From Candidatus Iainarchaeum sp. (GTDB lineage Archaea > Iainarchaeota > Iainarchaeia > Iainarchaeales > JACQJH01): 32,000 nucleotides of DNA. The translations under genes were made by a program, and so were the position numbers. The DNA is taken from NCBI GenBank assembly GCA_016205145.1, contig JACQJH010000002.1, positions 420,001-452,000 of the forward strand. Direction: 5' to 3'. Of the stretch, positions 7,817 through 15,238 are shown piece after piece; the first letter of the stretch is position 1; each line of letters opens with the position of its first letter. Under the pieces are notes generated by a model that was given only the letters and a program-made list of their open reading frames with translations, was not told the DNA's origin and made no database searches.

Positions 7817-8491
7817 CTATGGCTGTGCGCGCCTTTGCGGCAAGGAATTGCTCTTTCCGTGCCTTGCCTTCCACGCCCTGACTTCCTCAAGCGTTTTGGG
7901 TCGCGGCTCGCCGTAGCCTTGCACGCCGGCTTCGCCTTGCTGTTTCCAGCGGAAATCGCGTATCCTATCAAGCCACTGCCTGCGGCGCGTTTCAATCGGC
8001 GTGCCGTCACGCCAGTTTGAATCAGCCTTGCCAAGCATGTTTTTCCGCGCCGTGCTCACGGTTTCATCCAGGCCATGATAAACTTTCCGACCCGGAAACC
8101 TTTTCGCCAGGTCCTTTGAAATTGCCGCCTCAACCCTTTGGCCCATGCCGAGGCCCGAAAACCTTTCAAAGCCCAAATTATTAAACGGGTAAAACTGGCC
8201 ATACCGCAAACGGCTGCCAAGGTCCTTGATTTCAATGTCACCGATTTTGACGTTTGCGTGCAGGTTATGTGATTTCACGACTTCCGCAAGTGCCGGTGAG
8301 CCTATGTAGCCGACAAATTCACCGCGGCGGGGCGCACTCCGAACAGCATAAGACTGCGTGTCAACCAGCAAAACCTCATAAGCAATTACTTCTTCGCCCT
8401 CTATGTTCCTTTTGTTTCTCCGCCAGATTTCCAGGCCATACCTTGCGCCCTTCCGGCCCGGCTTGCTTGCACTGCTGCCGCTTTCCGCCAT
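7817..8491 (-). CDS. Hypothetical protein, 224 aa (weak GNAT-like G.G.G segment only)
   Basis: This is the C-terminal part of the 540-aa track ORF. The start is set at ATG 8491 (MAESGSSASKPGRK...) because the upstream part is antisense to the thiolase gene. I recognise no confident family. Confidence 0.55.
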   Translation of the reverse strand: MAESGSSASKPGRKGARYGLEIWRRNKRNIEGEEVIAYEVLLVDTQSYAVRSAPRRGEFVGYIGSPALAEVVKSHNLHANVKIGDIEIKDLGSRLRYGQFYPFNNLGFERFSGLGMGQRVEAAISKDLAKRFPGRKVYHGLDETVSTARKNMLGKADSNWRDGTPIETRRRQWLDRIRDFRWKQQGEAGVQGYGEPRPKTLEEVRAWKARHGKSNSLPQRRAQP

Positions 8492-8527
8492 GCAAATAAA
8501 AGCGTTGCTTCGGCTTAAAATAGTTTT
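8492..8527. promoter_or_regulatory. 36-nt bidirectional promoter spacer with two opposed TATA-like boxes
   Basis: CAAATAAAAG lies about 25-30 nt upstream of ATG 8528 on the plus strand. AACTATTTTAAG lies about 25 nt upstream of ATG 8491 on the minus strand. This implies leaderless mRNAs in both directions. Confidence 0.45.
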
Positions 8528-9538
8528 ATGGGCGACAAAGCCAAGGCGAAAAAGTGCGAAAGGTGCGGGAAGGCTGCGAAAATGCACCTTTCTTACGGTC
8601 CGCACGACTACTGCGAAAAGCATTTCACGGAATTTTTCGAGCATCGCGTGCGCAAAACCATCCGGGTGAACGGCCTCGTGAAGCCGGGTGAAAAGGTTTT
8701 GGCCGGCGTTTCCGGCGGCAAGGACTCGCTCGTTACGCTGTATCTTTTGCACAAGATTTTCAGCCCGGCAATCCGGCTTGAAGCGCTCATGATTGACGAA
8801 GGCATTCCAGGCTACAGGGAAAAGGCATTGAAAATCGCAAAAGCCCATTGCAAGGACTGGAACGTTCCGTTCACCGTCGTTTCGCACAAGTCCGAATTCG
8901 GCAAAACCACAAGTGACGTTTTTCACGCAATCGGCGGCGAAAAGGCGGTGGAAAGCGCGTGCGCTTACTGCGGGCCGATGAGAAGGGAAATCCTCAACAA
9001 GTACGCGGTCCAAGGAAATTTTGACAAGCTTGCGACCGGCCACAACCTCGACGACGAATGCCAGAGCATTCTCATGAATGTTTTCGACAACGACACAAAG
9101 AGGATGGGGCGGCTGGGGCCGATCGCGGATTCCGATGAAACCGGCGCAATGGTTCCGCGCGTAAAGCCTCTTTACCTCTCCCCTGAAAAGGAAGTGATTG
9201 CCTTTGCCGCGTTCTCTGGCATTGAAACCTACAGCGAAGAGTGCTGCCCTTTCAGCTGGCAGGCCAAAAGAAATGCTTTCAGGGAAATGCTCAACAGCAT
9301 GGAGGAAAGGTTTCCGGGCTCGAAATTCAAAATCATCGGCTTCCTCGAAGGATTCAAAAAAACCGCCAATGCAAAAAAAACGTCCGAACAAAACCAAAGC
9401 GCGCAAAGTCATAAAAGCCAGAACCGCGAAACCACGCAAAGCCTTCTCCTTGAAAGGCTCGGAAAGCTTGAGAGGAAAACGCGTGCAAAAAACCGCAGGG
9501 ACAAAACTTTGACGTGCGCAACGACAAAGCTTGCCTGA
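8528..9538 (+). CDS. PP-loop ATPase, tRNA 2-thiolation protein (Ncs6/NcsA/TtuA family)
   Basis: It has an SGGKDS PP-loop, an N-terminal CxxC...C..H zinc finger, GHNLDDE and a C-terminal CC motif. A basic low-complexity tail follows. Confidence 0.85.
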   Translation: MGDKAKAKKCERCGKAAKMHLSYGPHDYCEKHFTEFFEHRVRKTIRVNGLVKPGEKVLAGVSGGKDSLVTLYLLHKIFSPAIRLEALMIDEGIPGYREKALKIAKAHCKDWNVPFTVVSHKSEFGKTTSDVFHAIGGEKAVESACAYCGPMRREILNKYAVQGNFDKLATGHNLDDECQSILMNVFDNDTKRMGRLGPIADSDETGAMVPRVKPLYLSPEKEVIAFAAFSGIETYSEECCPFSWQAKRNAFREMLNSMEERFPGSKFKIIGFLEGFKKTANAKKTSEQNQSAQSHKSQNRETTQSLLLERLGKLERKTRAKNRRDKTLTCATTKLA

Positions 9539-9582
9539 GGCTTAATTTTTAATTAATTGCCTTCAAAAAAAGTTATCTGCAC

Positions 9583-9654
9583 GGGCCTGTGGTCTAGTGG
9601 TATGATGTCTCCTTGACGTGGAGAAGACCGGCGGTCCGATTCCGCCCGGGCCCA
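9583..9654 (+). tRNA. tRNA-Val (anticodon GAC)
   Basis: Manual cloverleaf: acceptor GGGCCTG/CGGGCCC, anticodon arm TCTCC-TTGACGT-GGAGA, T arm GGCGG-TCCGATT-CCGCC, discriminator A. An AT-rich TATA-like box lies about 30 nt upstream (9543-9558). Confidence 0.85.
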
Positions 9655-9749
9655 AAGCCGATTTCGTCCGGCGGCGGTTTCGTCCGCAGCCGTCTCGTCC
9701 GGCTGGTACGAACCAAGGCGTATTGCTGATCGCAATACGCCGGGTAAGC
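9655..9749 (-). repeat. Modular hairpin repeat, copy C, starting immediately after the tRNA-Val 3' end
   Basis: It contains three small hairpins with TTTCGT or TCTCGTC loops, then GGCGTATTGC-tgatc-GCAATACGCC. 9673-9749 differs from the reverse complement of 11366-11443 by one substitution and one indel. Confidence 0.9.
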
Positions 9750-9817
9750 TATTTTTTCGATTGCCGCGTCAATTCTTCCGCCAGGCGCGTTTTACGCCAA
9801 ACCGCCGGCATGAAAAC

Positions 9818-9825
9818 TTTTATAT
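9818..9825 (+). promoter_or_regulatory. Candidate BRE/TATA for the coiled-coil gene
   Basis: GAAAAC-TTTTATAT lies 44 nt upstream of ATG 9869. Confidence 0.45.
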
Positions 9826-9868
9826 CCCGAACGGCACTAATTTTTGCATTCAGCGGTTTTTGGTGGCC

Positions 9869-11338
9869 ATGGACAGAAGACAAATCCTTTTGGACAGCGT
9901 GAAAAAGCTTGTAGCGCTGGACGTTTCCGACGAGGAAATAATCCTCAACCTGAAAGACGTGGGCCTGTCGCAGGGGGAATCGGAAAGGCTCATCCGCGAG
10001 GCAAAAGGCAAGCCTGTAGCGGAAGAAGTCCTTGAAGAGGTCAAAAGCGATTCCGGCAAGGTTTTGCGCGACGTCGCTGAAAGGCTTGCAATGGCCGAAC
10101 CGCCTTCCGCGCCCGAACCGGTGATAATGGAAAGGCGCGCGGCCGAGGAGCCGAAAATCGTGGTGCAGAAAACAGTCAACCTGAACAAGCTCTGGGAAAA
10201 AGGCATTCTCACGACGGTTGACCAGAAACTTGGCGAAATGGAACGGCTCAAAAAAAGCCTTGACGACGTCATCGACAGGAAAATTTCGGACGCGTCAAAA
10301 AAAGGCGTTGAACGGCTCACGGTTCTTTTCGAGTCGAAGGCCTCGCTGCTGTCCGCCAAGGTCGACGCGCAGCTGGAAGCAAAATCCGCGGAACTCACAA
10401 AAATCATCGACGCAAAGGTCAAGGAACTCAAGGACATAAATTCGGGCATAAAATCCAACCTCTCCGAGCTTGAAAAAAAGCGCCAGGAACACGACGATGC
10501 GGTGAAGGATTTTGACGGCAAAATTGCGGCGCTTGAAAACGCGAAAAAAACAATCATGTCCGAAGCCACTGCGGAACTCATAAAGTCGAAAAGCGAAATG
10601 CAGGATTTCCTCGACAATTCAAGGGAAAAAATGCAGGAAATAGACGAAAGGGTTTCAAGGACGCTCGAACTCGAATCCAAAATAGCGGAAGGCCTGCTTA
10701 AAGACGCGGAAGCAAAAATCGACGAAATGGCTTTGGCGAAAAGCGACGAACTGGCGCAGCGCGTTGAAAAGGAGCTCAAAAGCATTTCCGCGCTCAAGGC
10801 CGAGGTCGACCCCGGCAAAATCCGCGCGGAACTCGACAGCATCCGGGAAAAAAGCGACAGTCTCGCGTCCTTCGCCGGCTCGCTGAGGCAGTCAAACCAG
10901 CGGGCAGTTGAAAAAATGCAGAAGGATTTGTTCAAGGAATCCGAGGACAAACTTGTTGAAATTTTCTCGATGCAGAAGCAGGCGGCGGACAAGAAAGCCG
11001 ACAACGCAATAGCGCGGCTGGACTCTTACCGGGCCAGGATTGAAAAGGAAGTCGACCCGGAAAAATTCTCGGAAGAAATGAAGAACCTTGACGTGTTCAA
11101 GCAGCAGTTCATCAGGGTTATAGAGGAGAACGTCAAAAAATTCAACGAGTCGGTCGGCAGGCTGAATGCAATGGCCCAGGACCTTGACAAAAGGGGCGGC
11201 GAGAGGATAAAGCGGATTGACGCGAAAATAGCAGAGCTTGAAGCCTTTGAAAAGAATTTCGCCGACGAAATGGGCATCGCGGTCGAAAAGCTCGCGGAAA
11301 AGGAAAAAAAGAAAGAGCAGGCGAAAAAGAAAAACTGA
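9869..11338 (+). CDS. Long coiled-coil protein, 489 aa, function unknown
   Basis: It has a globular head of about 45 aa, a Pro/Ala linker, then about 400 aa of heptad-like K/E/L/A/S-rich sequence. The start is set at ATG 9869, since the upstream part of the track ORF runs through the repeat element. Confidence 0.75.
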   Translation: MDRRQILLDSVKKLVALDVSDEEIILNLKDVGLSQGESERLIREAKGKPVAEEVLEEVKSDSGKVLRDVAERLAMAEPPSAPEPVIMERRAAEEPKIVVQKTVNLNKLWEKGILTTVDQKLGEMERLKKSLDDVIDRKISDASKKGVERLTVLFESKASLLSAKVDAQLEAKSAELTKIIDAKVKELKDINSGIKSNLSELEKKRQEHDDAVKDFDGKIAALENAKKTIMSEATAELIKSKSEMQDFLDNSREKMQEIDERVSRTLELESKIAEGLLKDAEAKIDEMALAKSDELAQRVEKELKSISALKAEVDPGKIRAELDSIREKSDSLASFAGSLRQSNQRAVEKMQKDLFKESEDKLVEIFSMQKQAADKKADNAIARLDSYRARIEKEVDPEKFSEEMKNLDVFKQQFIRVIEENVKKFNESVGRLNAMAQDLDKRGGERIKRIDAKIAELEAFEKNFADEMGIAVEKLAEKEKKKEQAKKKN

Positions 11339-11365
11339 ATTTTCTGCTCTCTTGATTTTGTTACT

Positions 11366-11517
11366 GCTTACCCGGCGTATTGCGATCAGCAATACGCCTT
11401 GGTTCGTACCAGCCGGACGAAACCGGCTGCGGACGAAACCGCCGTCCGAGCGAAGCGAGGCAGCGCTATGCGAGCAAAGCGAGCATAGTGCGTCGGCACA
11501 CCCGCTCGAAAGCGGGT
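11366..11517 (+). repeat. Modular hairpin repeat, copy D (two tandem units), abutting the tRNA-Ala 3' end
   Basis: Components in order: GGCGTATTGC-gatca-GCAATACGCC (11374-11398); AGCCGG-ACGAAA-CCGGCT (11411-11428); GCGG-ACGAAA-CCGC (11429-11442); a 36-nt module (11461-11496) identical to 25817-25852; and ACCCGCT-cgaa-AGCGGGT (11500-11517). Confidence 0.9.
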
Positions 11518-11591
11518 TGGACCGGGCGAGACTCGAACTCGCGGCCTCCACAATGCCAATGTGGCGATCTACCAGGCTGATCTACCGGCCC
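11518..11591 (-). tRNA. tRNA-Ala (anticodon GGC)
   Basis: Manual cloverleaf: acceptor GGGCCGG/CCGGTCC with the G3:U70 alanine identity pair, anticodon arm CCACA-TTGGCAT-TGTGG, T arm GCGAG-TTCGAGT-CTCGC, discriminator A. A TATA-like CATTAAAAAGC lies about 30 nt upstream. Confidence 0.9.
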
Positions 11592-11669
11592 GCATTTTTT
11601 GCCAATCAGAATTGGGAAGTGAAAGCTTTTTAATGGTTTTAAGGCGCCTTGGCGGCCACGAAAATTTTT

Positions 11670-11888
11670 TCATGGGGAGATGAGGAGCACGTTGTCGCCT
11701 CTCACCATCAGCTTCCCGTATTTTGCCTTTGGCGAGCCGTTTTCGAGCTGTTCCGCGCCTTCGAGCACTATGTTCATGTGCACGTCGAAGGCTTTGAGGG
11801 TTCCGCGGATTGAAACGTTGTCCTTGAGCATGACCAGAACCTCTTTTCCGATCGCGTCATTGAGAAAATCGAATGGTCTTGACGTCAT
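11670..11888 (-). CDS. Sm-like archaeal protein (SmAP/LSm)
   Basis: 72 aa. The Sm1/Sm2 pattern is LKDNVSIRGTLKAFDVHMNIVL ... MVRGDNVLLISP. Confidence 0.92.
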   Translation of the reverse strand: MTSRPFDFLNDAIGKEVLVMLKDNVSIRGTLKAFDVHMNIVLEGAEQLENGSPKAKYGKLMVRGDNVLLISP

Positions 11889-11897
11889 ATTGTTTCA

Positions 11898-12689
11898 TCA
11901 CTGTTTTTTATTCCTTGAGAATATTGACAATAACCTGCTTAAAAAACCTTCGCGTTTTCCGCCGATGAATTCGACTGGAAGGCCGGCAAGCTTTGCCGCG
12001 GTTTTCTGTATCGCGATTGCCGCGGGGCTGTCCGGATTCCTCAGCACAAGGGGCGCGACTTTTTCCTGCATGAATGATTTCCTGACTTCCGCGTCGAATG
12101 GGATGAGGCCGTAAACCGGCAGTTCAATCATGCGCATGAGGTCCTCGTCGGAAATCTCGCCTTTTTCGTGCATTACAAAATTCACTATTATGCCGATGGG
12201 TTTTTTGCCGAGGCGCTGTGAAACGATTTTTGTCTTGAGCACGTCGGCAAGCGAGGGCGCGTTTGGCTGCGTCACAAGTAGCGTTTCCTCGCACGCATTG
12301 ATTGCCGCCATCACGTTTTTTTCTATTCCGGCAGGGGCGTCGAGGAAAACGAAATCGTAGTCGTTTGTGACTGCCTTCACTACGGATGCAAGGCGCTCCG
12401 AGTCAACCCTGCGGTAGCTTTCAAGGCTGAGGCCGGATGGAATGAACGATATGCCTCCGGGCCCGTCGTAAATCGCGTCCTGCACAACCGCTTCGCCCAG
12501 CAGTACGTCGTGCAGTGTTATCGGCGAGGACTGCATGCCGAGAATGAGGGAAAGGTTAGCCATGGCGATGTCGCCGTCAATCAGAAGGACTTTTTTGCCG
12601 CGCTTTGCGAGCGCTATGCCGAGGTTTGCCGTTATCGTCGTTTTTCCGACGCCGCCTTTGCCGGATGCGATTGTTATTGTGCGTCCCAT
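11898..12689 (-). CDS. minD: MinD/ParA-family P-loop ATPase
   Basis: It has the deviant Walker A GKGGVGKTT, the Walker B-like FLDAPAG, and a C-terminal amphipathic segment GFLSRLLSIFSRNKKQ. The start is taken at ATG 12689. Confidence 0.88.
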   Translation of the reverse strand: MGRTITIASGKGGVGKTTITANLGIALAKRGKKVLLIDGDIAMANLSLILGMQSSPITLHDVLLGEAVVQDAIYDGPGGISFIPSGLSLESYRRVDSERLASVVKAVTNDYDFVFLDAPAGIEKNVMAAINACEETLLVTQPNAPSLADVLKTKIVSQRLGKKPIGIIVNFVMHEKGEISDEDLMRMIELPVYGLIPFDAEVRKSFMQEKVAPLVLRNPDSPAAIAIQKTAAKLAGLPVEFIGGKREGFLSRLLSIFSRNKKQ

Positions 12690-12773
12690 GGAAAACCACT
12701 GAAACAAAATTTGGGCATTACCTGATTACCTAACAGGACATATTATCGTTAAAAAAACTTCGCTGGCGGAAAA

Positions 12774-13265
12774 TCAGGCGCTTTGCTGCTGTGGCTGCTG
12801 GTCGGCCTGGCGCTTTATGAGCTTTTCAATTTCCCTCGCCAGCGCCTTGAGCTCGATTGTTGAAACGTCTGAGCCGGCATTGACAATGAAAATCTTGTCT
12901 TCGAATGGGAGGACCATGAGCCAGTCGTCCTTCTGCTTTATCAGCGTCACTTCCGATTCAGGCAGTTCGGATGAAACATAGTTGAAAAGAGCGGTCGCGG
13001 TTATGGATTCCTTGAAGCCGTTGCCGTGCGTCGAGACAATCACGGTGCCGTCCTTTTTAGAAACTATGACCGAGTCGACAAGGTGCTTTTTCTTTACCAC
13101 TGCGAGGGCCTTTGAAAAGTCGACTGCCTTGACCGAAAAATTGTGCCTTGACGCGATGTCGTTGAGCAAAACGGACTGGTGCTTTGGCAGGCCGGTGCGC
13201 TCGAGGTCAAGGACAGCGGACGCAAAATCACGGAACGCGGATGAAATCCTTGAAAAAATCGCCAT
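12774..13265 (-). CDS. Roadblock/LC7 (MglB-like) domain protein
   Basis: The C-terminal ~100 aa (VDSVIVSKKDGTVIVSTHGNGFKESITATALFNYV ... IFIVNAG) fits the Roadblock/LC7 pattern. The assignment is by eye. Confidence 0.6.
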   Translation of the reverse strand: MAIFSRISSAFRDFASAVLDLERTGLPKHQSVLLNDIASRHNFSVKAVDFSKALAVVKKKHLVDSVIVSKKDGTVIVSTHGNGFKESITATALFNYVSSELPESEVTLIKQKDDWLMVLPFEDKIFIVNAGSDVSTIELKALAREIEKLIKRQADQQPQQQSA

Positions 13266-13276
13266 GTTTTCCAGCC

Positions 13277-13771
13277 TCAGATTTCCTGCAAGCCAAGCTT
13301 CTTGAAAAGACCGTATTTTGATTCCGTTAATTTGAGAACGTCCGACAGAACCTGCTGCGAGTAATCGGATACGTAAACTGCCGGCAAAAGCTTATTTAAA
13401 TCCTTTGGGGAAATTTCCCGCGTGAGCGAAATCTTTTCGTTGAACGCCACAATGAGCTCCATTTGCGGCATCGAAAGCTCTGAAATGTCGATAACGCCGA
13501 ATTCCGCCTTTGACGCGTTCAACACCTGCTTTGCCGCGAAGTCGCCGAAGATCGTCATGTCGAACTTGTCGTAATGGTAGGTTGAAGCGACAAGCCCTCC
13601 TTTCCGGAAAAACAGCATTCCTTCCTCAATTCCGGCGTATCCGTCGATTGTCAGGACGATGTATCCTGTGAATCCCTGGTCCATGAGCTTTTTCGCCCTT
13701 TGCGGAAAATCCGATTTTGAAAGCTCAAGCCTGCTTTCAATGACCTTGCCCGCGGGAATGTTCAGAGCCAT
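13277..13771 (-). CDS. Hypothetical protein with a DUF4388/DUF2226-like N-terminal segment
   Basis: FTGYIVLTIDGYAGIEEGMLFFRKGGLVAS resembles the tG.l.v....g.i.f..G.iv.A signature of PATAN/DUF4388-type domains. The resemblance is weak. Confidence 0.45.
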   Translation of the reverse strand: MALNIPAGKVIESRLELSKSDFPQRAKKLMDQGFTGYIVLTIDGYAGIEEGMLFFRKGGLVASTYHYDKFDMTIFGDFAAKQVLNASKAEFGVIDISELSMPQMELIVAFNEKISLTREISPKDLNKLLPAVYVSDYSQQVLSDVLKLTESKYGLFKKLGLQEI

Positions 13772-13775
13772 TGCA

Positions 13776-14237
13776 TCACTTTCCCAGGTAGACTACCTTG
13801 TCGGCGGTGTTTTTCAGCGCGGACGAGGAAGCGTCATCGACGAGGATTGCGACTGATTCCTTTCCGTATTTTTTGGTTTTCACCACGGCTGGAAGGAAAT
13901 CCGAGTCGCGCGTCACGAACGCAATGCAGTGGATGTTCGGGTTGAACACGGCTTCAGTGGCGTCGACAGCCATTGCCACGTCAACGTCGCCGACTGTTAT
14001 TATGCTTTCAAAGCCCTCGTTGACAACCGCTTCAACGAGCTTGTTTGACGCGAACTGGTTGAGGAAAACCTTTGCCACCTTTATTTCGCCCAGGGGTTCG
14101 ACGGCCTTTTTTATCTGCCTGAGGTCGACGGAGAATTCCTTGCGCAGAATGTTGGGGCCGTCGACGAAAACCGCCAGGTTCTTCCGGTCCTTCTTTTTGA
14201 ACGCCTTCTGGATTGCCCTGCCAACGTTTTCGAACAC
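13776..14237 (-). CDS. NYN/LabA-like (PIN-fold) domain protein
   Basis: LAVFVDGPNI ... VGDVDVAMAVDA ... FVTRDSDF matches the NYN/LabA acidic-residue pattern. The start is GTG at 14237. Confidence 0.75.
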   Translation of the reverse strand: MFENVGRAIQKAFKKKDRKNLAVFVDGPNILRKEFSVDLRQIKKAVEPLGEIKVAKVFLNQFASNKLVEAVVNEGFESIITVGDVDVAMAVDATEAVFNPNIHCIAFVTRDSDFLPAVVKTKKYGKESVAILVDDASSSALKNTADKVVYLGK

Positions 14238-14394
14238 CGGAAAAAACCCCGCAAATATATTGGGTAATCCCTATTTTATGCTTTCCCAAAGGCCGGAAAA
14301 AAGGCTTCCAGCCGGGCGGAAATGCCAAAAGCAAACAAATAGTATTTTAAAAACTTCAGGAGCTAATCGTCTTGAAACTGTTTTTGGTGGAATT

Positions 14395-14799
14395 ATGGTC
14401 GAAATTGGAGAAAAAAAGTTTTCGGATGTCGGCGGACTCAAAGTCGGCAACTATGTCCTGATTGACGGCTTTGCGTGCCAGATCAGGGGCATTGAAAAGT
14501 CCAAGCCGGGAAAGCACGGCTCGGCAAAGGCGAGGATTACCGCGTTTGACATTTTCACGGGCCAGAAAAAAACGCTTTTGAAGCAGACCGGCGCCGAAGC
14601 CGAGGTTCCCATCATCACAAAGGCGAACGGCCAGGTTGTCGCTGTAATGGGTGACAGGGTCCAGATAATGGACATGGAAACTTACCAGACATTCGACACG
14701 GATAATCCGAAAGACATTCCCGGCCTCAAAAGCGGCGTCGAAGTCGAATACAACAAGTGGGGCTCGCTTGTCAAAATCGTAAGGAAAAAGGGCGGATGA
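14395..14799 (+). CDS. eif5a: Translation initiation factor 5A (aIF5A)
   Basis: Hypusination loop SKPGKHGSAKA. The start is set at ATG 14395, with GGTGG upstream. The long track ORF prefix is antisense to the NYN gene. Confidence 0.93.
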   Translation: MVEIGEKKFSDVGGLKVGNYVLIDGFACQIRGIEKSKPGKHGSAKARITAFDIFTGQKKTLLKQTGAEAEVPIITKANGQVVAVMGDRVQIMDMETYQTFDTDNPKDIPGLKSGVEVEYNKWGSLVKIVRKKGG

Positions 14800-14808
14800 C
14801 CGGCTTTT

Positions 14809-15195
14809 TTATCTCGGGCTTCTCCTTTGCCTTATTGCTTCGCGATAGTGTGTTGTGAGTTGTTCCGGGCGGAATGGCTTGCCGATGTGCGCCGACCCCG
14901 GCACGTGTTCTGCTATTTTAGGGCCATGCGTTGACACCACTACAAGCCTGCAGTCTGGGGCACGGCGCCGTATCTCAAGCATTAAGTCCCTGAATCTTTC
15001 ATGGATTTCGTCGCCGCGCCAGATTTCCCCAAAAACTATGCGGGGGGCATTGTGGGCAAGGTATTCCCTCGCCTGCTCTGGTGTTTCCGCAACGAAAACC
15101 TGGGCGCCCGGAAACCATTTGGGGGCATTGACCCTGACAAGCTCGGCAATGCTGTCGTCTTCCTCAAGCCATAGAACTTTGTGGGCAGACGGCAT
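14809..15195 (-). CDS. Single-domain receiver (CheY-like) protein with Glu at the phospho-acceptor position
   Basis: KVLWLEEDD (acidic pocket), IVFGEIW (Glu where Asp57 is expected), VVVST, GKPF. The start is set at ATG 15195. Confidence 0.65.
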   Translation of the reverse strand: MPSAHKVLWLEEDDSIAELVRVNAPKWFPGAQVFVAETPEQAREYLAHNAPRIVFGEIWRGDEIHERFRDLMLEIRRRAPDCRLVVVSTHGPKIAEHVPGSAHIGKPFRPEQLTTHYREAIRQRRSPR

Positions 15196-15238
15196 TTTCA
15201 ACACCAAAATTAAATCAGTTTGTCGGCATATTTGGATT

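Noticed and set aside
8492-9439. N-terminal ~315 aa of the 540-aa minus-strand ORF 7817..9439
   Set aside because: It is entirely antisense to the well-supported PP-loop thiolase gene (SGGKDS and other motifs). Only the part downstream of ATG 8491 looks like a real gene.
9850-11004. 384-aa Ser-rich minus-strand ORF
   Set aside because: It is the mirror frame of the Lys/Glu-rich coiled-coil gene. Low-complexity antisense ORFs are expected from that kind of codon periodicity.
7573-11551. Recurrent peptide RRFRPQPSRPAG(S/T)NQGVLLIAIRRV in three track ORFs (7573..7881, 9618..9902, 10892..11551)
   Set aside because: The shared peptide is simply the translation of the intergenic repeat core. The ORFs have no common start or stop context, and one runs through tRNA-Ala.
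13798-14394. Long N-terminal extension of the aIF5A ORF (track ORF 13798..14799)
   Set aside because: It is antisense to the NYN gene and Ser/Thr/Ala-rich. Canonical aIF5A starts at ATG 14395, which has a GGTGG Shine-Dalgarno.
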